Assembly: GCA_034668705.1 (NCBI GenBank) | Contig: JAXDOV010000220.1 | Location: 478-64,477 of the forward strand | Length of the DNA: 64,000 bases | Origin: Sphingomonadales bacterium | Lineage (GTDB): Bacteria; Pseudomonadota; Alphaproteobacteria; Sphingomonadales; Sphingomonadaceae | Direction of reading: 5' to 3' | Part shown: in pieces, positions 1 to 12,296 of the stretch | Numbering within the stretch: position 1 is the stretch's first letter | How the letters are laid out: every line of letters starts with the position of its first letter | Notes under the pieces: generated by a model | The model's input: only the letters and a program-made list of their open reading frames with translations | Told to the model about the DNA's origin: nothing | Databases searched by the model: none | Made by a program: the position numbers and the translations under genes

Positions 1-1885
1 CGCGCTCGAGCACCGCTTTCTCGTTGACCTTGCAGGTGAGGCACCAATCGGCGGTGAAATAGACGAAGACCGGCCGTCCGGAGGCGCGCAGGGCCGCCAG
101 CCGCGCCTCGCCGAACCTTTCCGCCTTCAGCATCCCGCCCGTCTCCGCCGCGGCGGGCGCGGCGACGGCCGGCAGGACGAGGACCGCGGCGATGGAAGCG
201 GCGGCCATGGCGGCGAGGGCCGGGCGCCATCGCTGCCGCCTCCCCGCCCACCGGAGCGAAGCCGCCACGATCAGGGCGGCGGCGAGGCCGAGCGCCAGCC
301 CTTCCCGTCCCGACAGCCGGCCGAGCAGCCAGGCCAGCCACAAGGCGGTGAGGAACATCGGCACGGCGAGGATGCGCCGCAGCCGGTTCATCCACGGGCC
401 CGGCCGCGGCAGCAGCCGCCGCAGCGGCGGCACGAAGCCGAGCAGCAGGAAGGGCAGAGCGAGGCCGAGGCCGAGGCCGCCGAACACGGCCAGAGCGAGC
501 GGCCCGGGCAGGAGCAAAGCGGCGCCGAGCGCGGTCGCCATGAACGGGCCGCTGCACGGCGTGGCGACGAAAGCGGCCAGGGCGCCGGTCCAGAAGGCGC
601 CGGCCATGCCCCCCCGGCCGGCGAGGCCGTCGCCGCCGCCGAAGCCGGGTAGCTCGAACAGGCCGGCGAGGTTGAGCGCGATCGCCGTCACCAGCAGCAG
701 CAGCAGCAGGATCACGCGCGGATCCTGGAGCTGAAAGGCCCAGCCCGCCGCCGAGCCGCCCGCCCGCAGCGCCAGCAATATGCCGCCGAGGCCGAGGCAG
801 ACGAGGATGATGCCGGCCGTATAAGCAAGCGCCTCGCGCCGCGCCGCGCGTTCATGATCGGTCCCCAGGGAGACCGCGGACGAATTCGAAGGGCCTGTCC
901 TGAGCGGCGTCGAAGGGCCGCCGGCCCGGGCGAGGCTGAGCGCCTTGAGGCTGAGGATCGGGAAGACGCAGGGCATGACGTTGAGCAGCAGTCCGCCGAG
1001 CAGGGCGGCAAGCAAGGTGACGAGCAGAGGCTGGCCCGCCGCCGCCCCATCGCTCGAACCGGCCATCACCGGAATACCCGCCGCCGGCACCGTCCCCGGC
1101 GCCGCCGCGACCGTCAGCCCCTGACCGGGGCCGATTCGGAGCACGCCGGCGAGGGCGCCGGGCTTTGTCTCTCCGGCCCCGGTCTCGACGATCAGCAGGT
1201 CGCCGCGGCGGGAGACGCTCTGCGGGGCGGCGTAGAGCGCCGCATTTTCGGTGAGCGGGAAGAAATAGGGATCCTCGACCGGGATCGCGGCGGGGAGCGG
1301 CACCGCGATCCGCAGCCGGCCTCCCGCCGTCTCGAAACGGCCGGTCGCGCCGAGCGGCTTCGGCAGGGCCATGCGGTAGCGGTCGAAATCCGCGCGCCGC
1401 TCGGCGCCGCCCGCGCCGACGACCAGGTCGGCGGAGACCAAAGCGGTTTCGGGCACGCAGATCCGGTCGGTGCAGACGAGATAATCGACCTTCGCGCGCA
1501 CCGGCAGGCGCGTGCCCGGCGCGAGGCCGGAGGGGATGTCGAGCGCGGTCAGCTCGGCATAGGGGCCCTGATAGACATAGTTCATCAGGCCGGAGATCAG
1601 CAGCCTTTCCGGCACCGGATAGAGAAGCGGCGCCGCTTCGACGCCCGGCGGCAGCGTCCAGGCGATCCGCGTCGGCGCGCCGGCATCGCCGGGATTCTGC
1701 CAATAGCCGTGCCAGCCCGGCTTGGGCGTCATCAGCAAGGCGAGTGCGACGCGGCCTCCCGGCGCCGGCCGGTCGGTCTCCGCGACCAGCCGCACCGCCA
1801 TCGCCTTGCCGCCCGGCGGCAGCTGCGCCCGCGCCGGCGCGGCCAGCGCGAGCAGGAGAAGCAGGAAGGGCCAGAATCGAGTCAT
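1..1885 (-). CDS. dsbD: Thiol:disulfide interchange protein, DsbD family (start in window, 3' end runs off the left edge)
   Basis: Own translation of the minus strand from ATG 1885-1883; the frame is absent from the ORF track because it has no stop in the window. Signal peptide MTRFWPFLLLLLALAAPARA, CcdA-type core motifs NVMPCVFPILSLKA and ATPCSGPF, thioredoxin motif FTADWCLTCKVNE at the window edge. Confidence 0.8.
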   Translation of the reverse strand, partial: MTRFWPFLLLLLALAAPARAQLPPGGKAMAVRLVAETDRPAPGGRVALALLMTPKPGWHGYWQNPGDAGAPTRIAWTLPPGVEAAPLLYPVPERLLISGLMNYVYQGPYAELTALDIPSGLAPGTRLPVRAKVDYLVCTDRICVPETALVSADLVVGAGGAERRADFDRYRMALPKPLGATGRFETAGGRLRIAVPLPAAIPVEDPYFFPLTENAALYAAPQSVSRRGDLLIVETGAGETKPGALAGVLRIGPGQGLTVAAAPGTVPAAGIPVMAGSSDGAAAGQPLLVTLLAALLGGLLLNVMPCVFPILSLKALSLARAGGPSTPLRTGPSNSSAVSLGTDHERAARREALAYTAGIILVCLGLGGILLALRAGGSAAGWAFQLQDPRVILLLLLLVTAIALNLAGLFELPGFGGGDGLAGRGGMAGAFWTGALAAFVATPCSGPFMATALGAALLLPGPLALAVFGGLGLGLALPFLLLGFVPPLRRLLPRPGPWMNRLRRILAVPMFLTALWLAWLLGRLSGREGLALGLAAALIVAASLRWAGRRQRWRPALAAMAAASIAAVLVLPAVAAPAAAETGGMLKAERFGEARLAALRASGRPVFVYFTADWCLTCKVNEKAVLER

Positions 1886-3072
1886 CGCGTCGCTATAGCC
1901 TCACCGCCGAGCGCTTTCAGCCGCTCATGGAGGTGGGCAAGATGAACGCCGACCGCCCGGCGCATCGGCTCGGTCGCCTCCCGTCGCTTCGCGGCGGCGT
2001 CCGGCTCGAAGCACCGCGACGGCCGCTTGGCGTCGCGTAAGGCCGCCGCCGCCATCGCCGCACGACCCTCCTCGTCCGGGTCCACGCCGAAATGGGGGAG
2101 AATGCGCGAGACGACCGCGCCCGGCAGATCCGCATAATCGACGAAGAGGCCGCCGCCGGTCGCAGCCATGCCCATCGCCCCCGCGCAGATCCGCGCCAGC
2201 GCCTGGGCGACCTGCTCTTCTCCCGGCGCGGTCGCGTCGATGCCAAGTATCGGCATCACCTTCGGCATCGTCTCGGCGCCCCGTTGGCCCATCTGCGAGA
2301 CCAGCACCTCGACCGGATTGCGGTGGAGGAACAGCCAGGGCACTGCCGGATAGGCCCGTCGAAACAGGGGCAAAGCCGAAGCGTGCCAGAAATGGAGCTT
2401 GATGAAACAGGGGCCCGATCCCGCCGCGCGGCGCCCGAGCGCCGCGGTCATCGCCCGGACGGCATCGACCGCATCGACGGGCGAAGCGGCCTCATCCGCA
2501 AGCCGCACCATCGCGTCGAGCGGCGGCGCTTCGGAAATGACCAGGCTTTGCGGCAGCGCCGCCAGCATGCGGGCGACCAGCGTCGAGCCCGAGCGCGACA
2601 TGTGGAAGATGAAGCCGTCCGGCGCGGGCGCACGCGCCGCCGCGGCGACGAAATCCTCCAGACGCATGCGGTAGCGGAACAGACGATTGAACGGACGGCC
2701 GGAGACTCGGCGGGCGGCGAGGCCGAAAAAGGCCTCGGGCCAGGGCGCATCGCCGAAACGGGCCCAGTCGACGGCTGCACCCCTGCCCGACAGGCCGGTG
2801 ACGGCGACCGGGCGCCAGGCGGGCGACGGCCAGGAAAGGTGCGACGGCAGCGGGTCGGAGAAATGGGAAATGCCGAGCGGGTCGGGCCGCAGGCCATCGG
2901 CCAGATCGCTCGCGGCGAGCGCGATGCCGTTCGCCGCGGCGAGCGCCAGCACCCGCTCCGACAGCTGCGCCGGATCCTCGATCGGGGCCAGCTCCGCCTG
3001 CAGCCGCTCGTCCGCCATGACCAATGCGCGCAGGCGATCGAGCGGGCGGGATTGCGGCGGGGGCTCGATCAT
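1882..3072 (-). CDS. Sulfotransferase-family protein with Nif11-like N-terminal domain
   Basis: 396-aa ORF with PAPS-loop-like FIFHMSRSGSTLVARM. Stop overlaps the dsbD start as ATGA (1882-1885). Confidence 0.6.
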   Translation of the reverse strand: MIEPPPQSRPLDRLRALVMADERLQAELAPIEDPAQLSERVLALAAANGIALAASDLADGLRPDPLGISHFSDPLPSHLSWPSPAWRPVAVTGLSGRGAAVDWARFGDAPWPEAFFGLAARRVSGRPFNRLFRYRMRLEDFVAAAARAPAPDGFIFHMSRSGSTLVARMLAALPQSLVISEAPPLDAMVRLADEAASPVDAVDAVRAMTAALGRRAAGSGPCFIKLHFWHASALPLFRRAYPAVPWLFLHRNPVEVLVSQMGQRGAETMPKVMPILGIDATAPGEEQVAQALARICAGAMGMAATGGGLFVDYADLPGAVVSRILPHFGVDPDEEGRAAMAAAALRDAKRPSRCFEPDAAAKRREATEPMRRAVGVHLAHLHERLKALGGEAIATR

Positions 3073-3108
3073 CGATCCGTCCCTAGTCGCAGACGCGGCC
3101 GGTGGAAA

Positions 3109-4050
3109 TCAGCGGCGCTGGTAGCGGGCGATTCCGGCTGCGAGGCGATTGCCTTCGATCTGCATGGGCTGGCCGGTGAAATCGGCGACGAAGGCGGTAG
3201 CGCGGCTGAGGCCGGGCACCATGCCCGCCTCGTTGTCGCGGACGGCGAGGCCGGCCGAGCTGTTGACGACGCCCTCCGCCGCGACGGTGACGAAGGCGCT
3301 GTAATTCTCCTTGTCGCGCCCCTGGACGAAGACATTGCCGGCGATCAGGCCGGTGGCGCCGTTGGGCAGGTCGATCATGTAATTGGTGAGGTGGCCAAAG
3401 CTGTCATCGAAGCTCGACTCGGCGACCTCGATCCGCGCCGCGCGGCTCTTCACGTAATGGCCGCCGCGGCCGCGCTCGAAGCGGCTGCGGCGGACGGTCA
3501 GCGAGCCATAGCCGCCGATATAGATGCTGTGGGCGCAGTCGAGATCGCGGTCGCAGCGGCCGAGGCCGGAGAAGGTCGACTGCTCGACGAGGATCCGGCC
3601 GCCGCCGTCATTGCCGGCGAGGATGCCGCTCTCGCTGTCGCGGAACAGGCTCTCGCGGACGGTGAGATTGCCCTGCTCGAGCCGGATGCCGGCGCCGTTG
3701 GCGTCGGGCACGCGGATGTTCTGGAAGGTGAGACCCTCGACACGGGCCGCGCGGCCGCGCAGCACCAGGGCCGCTTTCTCCTCGCAGGTCGCGCCGTCGA
3801 GGATGACGGTGCCGGGTTCCTTGGCGACGAAGGCCACCTCCCCCGCTTCCTGCACGGCGCACTGGCGGTAGGTGCCGGGCGCGATCTGAACGGTGCCGCT
3901 GCCATTGCCGATCGCGGACACCGCGTCCTGGAGCGAATTGTAGGCGCGGCCGCGTTCCGGCACGAGGAAGGCACCAGCCCCGGAGCCTGGTTGCGCCGCC
4001 AAAGGCGCCGCGATGAAGGCGAATAGGAGCAAGGCGGGCGCAAGTCTCAT
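3109..4050 (-). CDS. Secreted right-handed parallel beta-helix repeat protein
   Basis: ORF 3109..4149, start trimmed to MRLAPALLLFAFIAAPLAAQ (signal peptide). Repetitive G-x-x-V/I-x-N/D beta-helix-like segments. Confidence 0.6.
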   Translation of the reverse strand: MRLAPALLLFAFIAAPLAAQPGSGAGAFLVPERGRAYNSLQDAVSAIGNGSGTVQIAPGTYRQCAVQEAGEVAFVAKEPGTVILDGATCEEKAALVLRGRAARVEGLTFQNIRVPDANGAGIRLEQGNLTVRESLFRDSESGILAGNDGGGRILVEQSTFSGLGRCDRDLDCAHSIYIGGYGSLTVRRSRFERGRGGHYVKSRAARIEVAESSFDDSFGHLTNYMIDLPNGATGLIAGNVFVQGRDKENYSAFVTVAAEGVVNSSAGLAVRDNEAGMVPGLSRATAFVADFTGQPMQIEGNRLAAGIARYQRR

Positions 4051-4416
4051 GCCCCCCGCTCGCCGAGACAGGCCGCCACGTCTAGGCCGGAAGAGGGTTA
4101 ATCGCGGCCCGTCCCTCGCCGGAACAACACTGAGCGCAGTTCGTAACACGGCTGCGGCTTGGCCGATGCCTGGAGCCGCTTGCGCTCCGTTCGTGTGTCA
4201 CGATGGATTTAGCAAGCAGGTCTACCATCGGCCGTTAGCTGGCGGACGGCTGTCAGGCTCGAGATGACAATAGCCACCACTCGGCGGCCCATCCTTCCAA
4301 TGACCGCATCCGGCCCAGAACGGCTATTCCAGCCGGGTGATAGCGGACGCCCTCCCGGAAACTGGCGCTTTTCCGGCATCGTCCGGGATGACGGCTCCCG
4401 ACGCAACCAGCCCGCC

Positions 4417-4446
4417 TTGACACGTAACTCTACATAGGTTGTGTAG
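4417..4446 (+). promoter_or_regulatory. Candidate promoter/operator of the PadR operon
   Basis: TTGACACGTAACTCTACATA (4417-4436) recurs at 5473-5492 with 18/20 identity. It overlaps the palindrome CTACATAGGTTGTGTAG (4430-4446), just upstream of the padR ATG 4451. Confidence 0.5.
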
Positions 4447-4450
4447 CGTT

Positions 4451-4753
4451 ATGCCCCGCAACCGACGACCATCGAAACAGATGCTCATGCTCCTGGCAAC
4501 TCTCTCCGAGCGAGCGGCGCAATGGCGCCATGGCTATGAGCTGATGAAGGAAACCGGCCTTATGTCGGGTACGCTCTATCCGCTGCTGATGCGCATGACC
4601 GAGCAGGGGCTTGTCGCAGCCGAATGGCGCGAGCCGACACAGCCGGGCCGCCCCGCGCGCCACGCCTACAGGCTCACCGCCGCGGGGATCGCGTTTGCAC
4701 GGGCGGCAATCGACGATAGCCTCAGGCTCCCCTCCCGGGCTGCCCTGGCGTGA
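4451..4753 (+). CDS. PadR-family transcriptional regulator
   Basis: ORF 4439..4753, with ATG at 4451 preferred over TTG 4439. Winged-helix region HGYELMKETGLMSGTLYPLLMRMTEQGLV is typical of PadR. Confidence 0.8.
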   Translation: MPRNRRPSKQMLMLLATLSERAAQWRHGYELMKETGLMSGTLYPLLMRMTEQGLVAAEWREPTQPGRPARHAYRLTAAGIAFARAAIDDSLRLPSRAALA

Positions 4754-5400
4754 CCGCGGCTTTGGCAAGAGCCGTGATGTCGCTGGCGATAAGCTGTCTT
4801 GGCGAAAGTCGCCGCGAGTGGGCGCTTGCCATGCAGGGGGAATTCGGAGCGGCAATCGATGAGGGAAAGCCGCTCGCCTTTGCGACCGGGTGCTTGATGG
4901 CGGCCGGGCTGGAGATGCCGAAACATGAAGAAGGGCGCTTCGTTCTGGCGAACTATTCGCTTGCCCTTGGCCTGATCATCCCGATGGCGGCACTCCAATT
5001 CGCATGCGCAGCCGGCTTGTCCAGCCTATTCTCAGCGAAGGACGGGCTCTATGGCGTGCCTGCACTGGGCACGACCCAGGAGCTTTATTTGTCCTGGGCC
5101 TATTTAGCTGCCCAACCGACCCTGCTGGGTCTCTGGCTCTTGCTCTGCATATTGCATCTTCGGCTTGCCTGGGGGCTGCTGGAAGGCGACTGGTCGCGGG
5201 TCATCCGTACCGCCTCCTTGTCCGCAGCGGTGACTGCGACACTCATGATCTTCAACGGGGTGATGCTTGTCGTTGATGATCGCGCGATTCTGCAAGCCGC
5301 GGTGCTGCCGATCGAGCTCATGGCCATCGTCGCTTCGGCACGGTGGCATGCCCGGCTTACCCGAGCCCTCGCCAGAGACGCCAGCCTCGTAATTTTCTGA
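4750..5400 (+). CDS. PadR-associated integral membrane protein, function unknown
   Basis: 216-aa ORF overlapping the padR stop by 4 nt, with several hydrophobic helices. Confidence 0.6.
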   Translation: MTAALARAVMSLAISCLGESRREWALAMQGEFGAAIDEGKPLAFATGCLMAAGLEMPKHEEGRFVLANYSLALGLIIPMAALQFACAAGLSSLFSAKDGLYGVPALGTTQELYLSWAYLAAQPTLLGLWLLLCILHLRLAWGLLEGDWSRVIRTASLSAAVTATLMIFNGVMLVVDDRAILQAAVLPIELMAIVASARWHARLTRALARDASLVIF

Positions 5401-5472
5401 AGCTGAACGCGCCTGCTGCGCGACCAGTTTACGCAAGCCGCACTGACTGCACTCGTCCAGCCCGCCTGTCCC

Positions 5473-5492
5473 TTGACTCATAACTCTACATA
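5473..5492 (+). promoter_or_regulatory. Second copy of the PadR-operon motif, upstream of the S41 peptidase gene
   Basis: TTGACTCATAACTCTACATA, 18/20 identical to 4417-4436. Followed by the AT-rich near-palindrome TACATATATAGTA, 50 nt before ATG 5544. Confidence 0.5.
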
Positions 5493-5543
5493 TATAGTAA
5501 TAAGGCATGCCATGGGCTTTGAAGCGTAATCTGGAGGTCTCCA

Positions 5544-6644
5544 ATGAAATCCGATCGGATCAGCCCTTTGCTCGCCGCTTCACTCCTTTCGGTGAGCGTC
5601 ATCTGCTCACCCGTGACTGCGCAGACGCCCCCGCCGGCGAATGTGCCGACTCCCACCCTGAGCGCCGCGGCGCGCAAGGCGGTCATCGAAAGCGCCATCG
5701 CCCAAATCTCGGCCAGCTACGTCTTTCCGGACAGGACGGCGGTCATCGCGCAGGCGCTTCGCGGCAAGCTGTCATCCGGCGGGTTCGACGCTCTCAGCGA
5801 TCCCAAGGCCTTCGCCGACGCGGTGAACGCCGTCATCGCGCCCGTGGCGCATGACCGGCATCTCCGCCTGTTCTGGTCTCGCCAGCCATTGCCGCAGCTT
5901 GGCGCCGACGGCGAGCCCGATGCGGCGACCATGGCGCAGCAGCAGACGATGATGCGCCGGATCAATTATGACATTCGCAAAGTGGAAGTGCTCGACGGCA
6001 ACATCGGCTATCTGAAGTTCAACTTTTTTGCCCGGCCTCAGAATGCCGGGCCCACCCTCGTTGCAGCAATGGCGTTCCTGCAGTACACCGACGCGCTGAT
6101 CTTCGACCTGCGCGACAATGGCGGGGGCGATCCGGCTATGGTGGCGATGGCGCTAAGCTATCTCGTCCCGCCTGGGACGGAGATTGATCGCATCCATCGG
6201 CGCGACGAGGCCGTCGACCGGCAGGTATGGGCTCTTCCCTATCTCCCGGGAGGGCGCTGGAGCACCGACAAGCCCGTCTATGTGCTCACCAGCAACAAGA
6301 CGGCATCGGGCGCGGAAGAATTTGCTTACGATCTCCAGCAGATGAAGCGCGGCACGATCGTTGGCGCCGTGACCGGAGGCGGCGCGAATCCCGGGGAATT
6401 TCTCCTGATCGACCGGCATTTCGCCATCTTCGTCCCCACCGGGGCAGCCGTGAACCCGATTTCGAAGACGAATTGGGAAGGGGTGGGCGTGAAGCCCGAT
6501 GTGGCGGTCGATCCCGCGATAGCGCTCGAAACCGCCCGGCGCATGGCGCTCGAAAAGCTCATCGCCGGGGCGACGGGCGATCGTGCGGCGGAATTGAAGA
6601 AGCTGCTGGGCGCCCAGCCACCGTCTGAAGCCAATCCCCGCTGA
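5544..6644 (+). CDS. S41-family (tail-specific/IRBP-like) peptidase, secreted
   Basis: 366-aa ORF with RBS GGAGG before the ATG and a signal peptide. Motifs IGYLKFNFF, LIFDLRDNGGGD and TSNKTASGAEEFAY are typical of peptidase S41. Confidence 0.75.
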   Translation: MKSDRISPLLAASLLSVSVICSPVTAQTPPPANVPTPTLSAAARKAVIESAIAQISASYVFPDRTAVIAQALRGKLSSGGFDALSDPKAFADAVNAVIAPVAHDRHLRLFWSRQPLPQLGADGEPDAATMAQQQTMMRRINYDIRKVEVLDGNIGYLKFNFFARPQNAGPTLVAAMAFLQYTDALIFDLRDNGGGDPAMVAMALSYLVPPGTEIDRIHRRDEAVDRQVWALPYLPGGRWSTDKPVYVLTSNKTASGAEEFAYDLQQMKRGTIVGAVTGGGANPGEFLLIDRHFAIFVPTGAAVNPISKTNWEGVGVKPDVAVDPAIALETARRMALEKLIAGATGDRAAELKKLLGAQPPSEANPR

Positions 6645-6660
6645 CGTCGGGCGCGGCGGC

Positions 6661-7194
6661 ATGCTTGGCATTATCGAGTGGACGCTCTTCCTGTATCTGG
6701 CCCTCAAGGTGTGCCACTTCCTGTTCGGACCGCTTGCGCGCCGGACGGACGCGCCGCTGTGGACGAAGCTACGCTCAGGCGAGCCCATGTTGATGATTGG
6801 GGTATTCGGTAGCTCCGCGCTCCTCACAATCTATGGCATGTGGTTCAGTCACACAAATGCTGAGCGTTGGTATGCCTATTCAACAGGATGCTACGCAAAG
6901 TTGGCGGCTGCTCACCAGCTCCCCCTGCTTATGCGGGCGAAAAATTTCGGTGCGTACGATGCGGCCATGATTACCAGCAACTATTTCGACTCTGCCGAAA
7001 TCCACGGTTTGAAGCTTGGGATCCGCTTGGAGGTGATCAAGAAGAAGCTGAACTACGACGGGCTAAGCTACTCCGGTTATTATGGGAGGATTACCGCGAA
7101 GAACGATCGACGGGCGATCGCTGCTTCCTTCGCTGATCTGCATCGATGCCTGAAACACGTCGGAGCTCCTCGTGGGGAATTTCTCAGCCCATGA
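6661..7194 (+). CDS. Hypothetical membrane protein in an AT-richer tract
   Basis: 177-aa ORF with two N-terminal hydrophobic segments. Codon third positions are visibly less G/C-biased than in neighbours. No family recognised. Confidence 0.45.
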   Translation: MLGIIEWTLFLYLALKVCHFLFGPLARRTDAPLWTKLRSGEPMLMIGVFGSSALLTIYGMWFSHTNAERWYAYSTGCYAKLAAAHQLPLLMRAKNFGAYDAAMITSNYFDSAEIHGLKLGIRLEVIKKKLNYDGLSYSGYYGRITAKNDRRAIAASFADLHRCLKHVGAPRGEFLSP

Positions 7195-7267
7195 CTTCGA
7201 GGCTTACCGCCCAGCCGATCGGGGATTCAGGAGCTCTCCGTGGCTTCCATTTTCGAATGATGGCCGA

Positions 7268-7921
7268 TCAGCCGGTCGCCGCGCTGCCGGTGAAAACCGC
7301 CAATTGAGCGTCGAACGCACGCTGCCAGGCCGGCCGCTTTTCGCCGCGGGCGACATAGGCGGCGAGGTTGGGATATTCCTCCAGCAGGCCCGATGCGCTC
7401 AGCCTGCGCAGCACCGTCACCATCAGCAGGTCACCGGCGGTGAACGCGTCGTCGAGCCAGTCGGCATCGCCAAGCCGGTTTGAAAGTTCGTCCAGCCGGT
7501 CACGCACCCGATCCTGGACGAGAGGCAGGCGCTCCTCGTACCAGCTTTTGTCGCGCTCCATGAGCATGGCCATTCCGAGATTCACGATCGGCGGCTCGAT
7601 CGTGCTGAGCGCGGCGAACATCCATGCGATCGCCCGCGCCCGGGCATTCGCATCCTCGGGCAGCAGGCCCGCATGGCGCTCCGCGATATGGAAGATGATC
7701 GCCCCCGATTCGAACAAAGCGAGATCGCCTTCTTCGTAGGTCGGAATCTGCCCGAAGGGATGAAGCCTGCGATGCGCGGGTTCCTTCATCGCGCTGAACG
7801 AAACGAGACGAACGTCGTAAGCCTGGCCCACTTCCTCGAGCGCCCAGCGGACACCCATGTCGCGCGCCAGGCCCCTGCCGCGATCGGGCGACCGTTCGAA
7901 GGCGGTGATGGTGGGGGTCAT
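7268..7921 (-). CDS. Glutathione S-transferase family protein
   Basis: 217-aa ORF. N-terminal thioredoxin-like fold with HPFGQIPTYEEGDLALFESGAII, plus a helical C-domain. Confidence 0.8.
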   Translation of the reverse strand: MTPTITAFERSPDRGRGLARDMGVRWALEEVGQAYDVRLVSFSAMKEPAHRRLHPFGQIPTYEEGDLALFESGAIIFHIAERHAGLLPEDANARARAIAWMFAALSTIEPPIVNLGMAMLMERDKSWYEERLPLVQDRVRDRLDELSNRLGDADWLDDAFTAGDLLMVTVLRRLSASGLLEEYPNLAAYVARGEKRPAWQRAFDAQLAVFTGSAATG

Positions 7922-8059
7922 CGGAAGCTCCCGGCGACTTCAGCAAGAGGAAGACGCCGGTCTAACAGGACGGCGCGAGGATGTCCGTTTCGCCCAGAAC
8001 GCGCCGTTCGATGCCGCGCTGCTGCTTCCCGATTGCAGACATTCGTTCAGCAAGGCAGC

Positions 8060-8740
8060 ATGGTGCAAGCAGTCGAGGAGGCAAAGGTGGGACGTGTCAG
8101 AGTGGCTGGGTTTTCGCTCTCCCTGGACGGGTTCGGAGCGGGCCCGGAACAGAGCCTTCAGGATCCTCTGGGAAAGCGCGGGAAGGAGCTCCACAGCTGG
8201 TTCTTCGGAACGAAGACGTTCAAGGCCATGTTCGGCGAGGGCGGTGGCTCGGAAGGCGTGGACGAGACCTTTGCCCGCCGCTCGATGGACGGCTTCGGTG
8301 CCTTCATCCTTGGCCGGAACATGTTCGGCCCGGTGCGCGGGGAATGGCTGGACGACAGCTGGAAGGGCTGGTGGGGAGACAATCCGCCCTATCACGCGCC
8401 GACGTTCGTCCTGACGCACCATGCCCGCGAGCCGATCGTGATGGAGGGCGGCACCATTTTCCACTTCGTCACGGACGGGATCCACGCCGCGCTCGAGCGC
8501 GCAAGGGACGCCGCGGGAGCAGGTGACGTCAAGATCGGAGGCGGCGTCTCGACCGTTCGCCAATACCTGGAGGCCGGCCTGATCGACGAACTGCATTTTG
8601 CGCTTTCGCCTGTCCTGCTCGGACGGGGCGAGGCGATGTTCGAGGGCCTGGATCTGCCCGCCCTCGGCTACCGCGTGATGGAAGCCACTGCCACGGACCT
8701 CGCGACGCACGTCGTGCTGGGGCGCCAGGAGAACGAATAA
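8060..8740 (+). CDS. Dihydrofolate reductase-like (RibD C-terminal domain) protein
   Basis: ORF 7673..8740 trimmed to ATG 8060, because the upstream part is antisense to the GST gene. FILGRNMF and KIGGGVSTVRQYLEAGLIDELH are typical of the RibD_C family. Confidence 0.7.
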   Translation: MVQAVEEAKVGRVRVAGFSLSLDGFGAGPEQSLQDPLGKRGKELHSWFFGTKTFKAMFGEGGGSEGVDETFARRSMDGFGAFILGRNMFGPVRGEWLDDSWKGWWGDNPPYHAPTFVLTHHAREPIVMEGGTIFHFVTDGIHAALERARDAAGAGDVKIGGGVSTVRQYLEAGLIDELHFALSPVLLGRGEAMFEGLDLPALGYRVMEATATDLATHVVLGRQENE

Positions 8741-8966
8741 ACCTCCGCTTCTGCAGGTTCGTCGCCGGATCGCTGTCAGGCCGCGAACCACCATCAGCGC
8801 AGGCTCAGGCCTCCGCCCATCCTGCATCCGAACGGACCGCAGCTTTCAGGGTCGGCGTTCAGCCTAGGTCCCGCTCGCCACCGGTTGAATCGACAGCCGA
8901 AAGCGATCGTTGAGCAGGACGGGCACCGGGTGTAGGATGCCGCCTCGATCGCCGATGGAGACAGCC

Positions 8967-9464
8967 ATGACGCGCATTCGATCCGCTTTCCTGACGATGG
9001 CTTTTGCCGGTCTGCTCGCCGTGCCTCTCGCCGCGGCCGCGGCGCAGCCCGGATCGGCCGCGCAGATGGAGGCGCGGCTGCGCGCGCTCGAGACGCGGGT
9101 CGCCGCGCTGGAAAATCGCGCCGGCTCCGCGGCGCCGGCGGGCGGAACAGCCGGGGCGGGCCCCACCTGCGCGCGGCTCGCTGTCGTTGCGGGGCAGATT
9201 CCGCCCGAAGCGACGCTGACGATCACCGTCAACGGAGCCGTCGTCGCCACCTTCGACAAGACCGCCAATGGCGAGATCGCGCCGTTCATGCGGCCCGGCG
9301 CCAACACGATCGGCCTCGCCTTCGCGGCGCCCGGAGGGCCGGGCACAGAGGCGGAGCTGCGCTGCCTGCCCGCGGGGGAGAATAGCCGCACCGTCATCCT
9401 GCGGCTGAAGCCCACGCCCCAGCACCTCTCCACCCAGGCGCAGGTGAACCTGCCCGGACGCTGA
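8967..9464 (+). CDS. Secreted hypothetical protein
   Basis: ORF 8910..9464 trimmed to MTRIRSAFLTMAFAGLLAVPLAAAAAQ (signal peptide), followed by a short coiled-coil-like segment. Confidence 0.55.
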   Translation: MTRIRSAFLTMAFAGLLAVPLAAAAAQPGSAAQMEARLRALETRVAALENRAGSAAPAGGTAGAGPTCARLAVVAGQIPPEATLTITVNGAVVATFDKTANGEIAPFMRPGANTIGLAFAAPGGPGTEAELRCLPAGENSRTVILRLKPTPQHLSTQAQVNLPGR

Positions 9465-9572
9465 GCCGGGGCGCCGCCGGTCGCAATTGAATGTCCGCGA
9501 CAGGTCGAATGGCGCGGGCGCGGCCCTCAACGCGGCGACGTGCTTCGCCGCAGTCTCAGCGCCTGACTCTGC

Positions 9573-12224
<2,652 letters not shown>

Positions 12225-12266
12225 TTTCGGAACGTGGCTTCCTGAAAGAAGAAGACCCTCACCCTG

Positions 12267-12290
12267 CCCTCTCCCGCGAGCGGGAGAGGG
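12267..12290. repeat. REP-like GC hairpin in the spacer between the two metH genes
   Basis: CCCTCTCCCG-CGAG-CGGGAGAGGG: a 10-bp perfect stem 7 nt after the stop of the upstream gene. Sequence type (CCTCACCCTGCCCTCTCCCGC...) resembles dispersed alphaproteobacterial intergenic repeats. Confidence 0.6.
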
Positions 12291-12296
12291 GATTTC

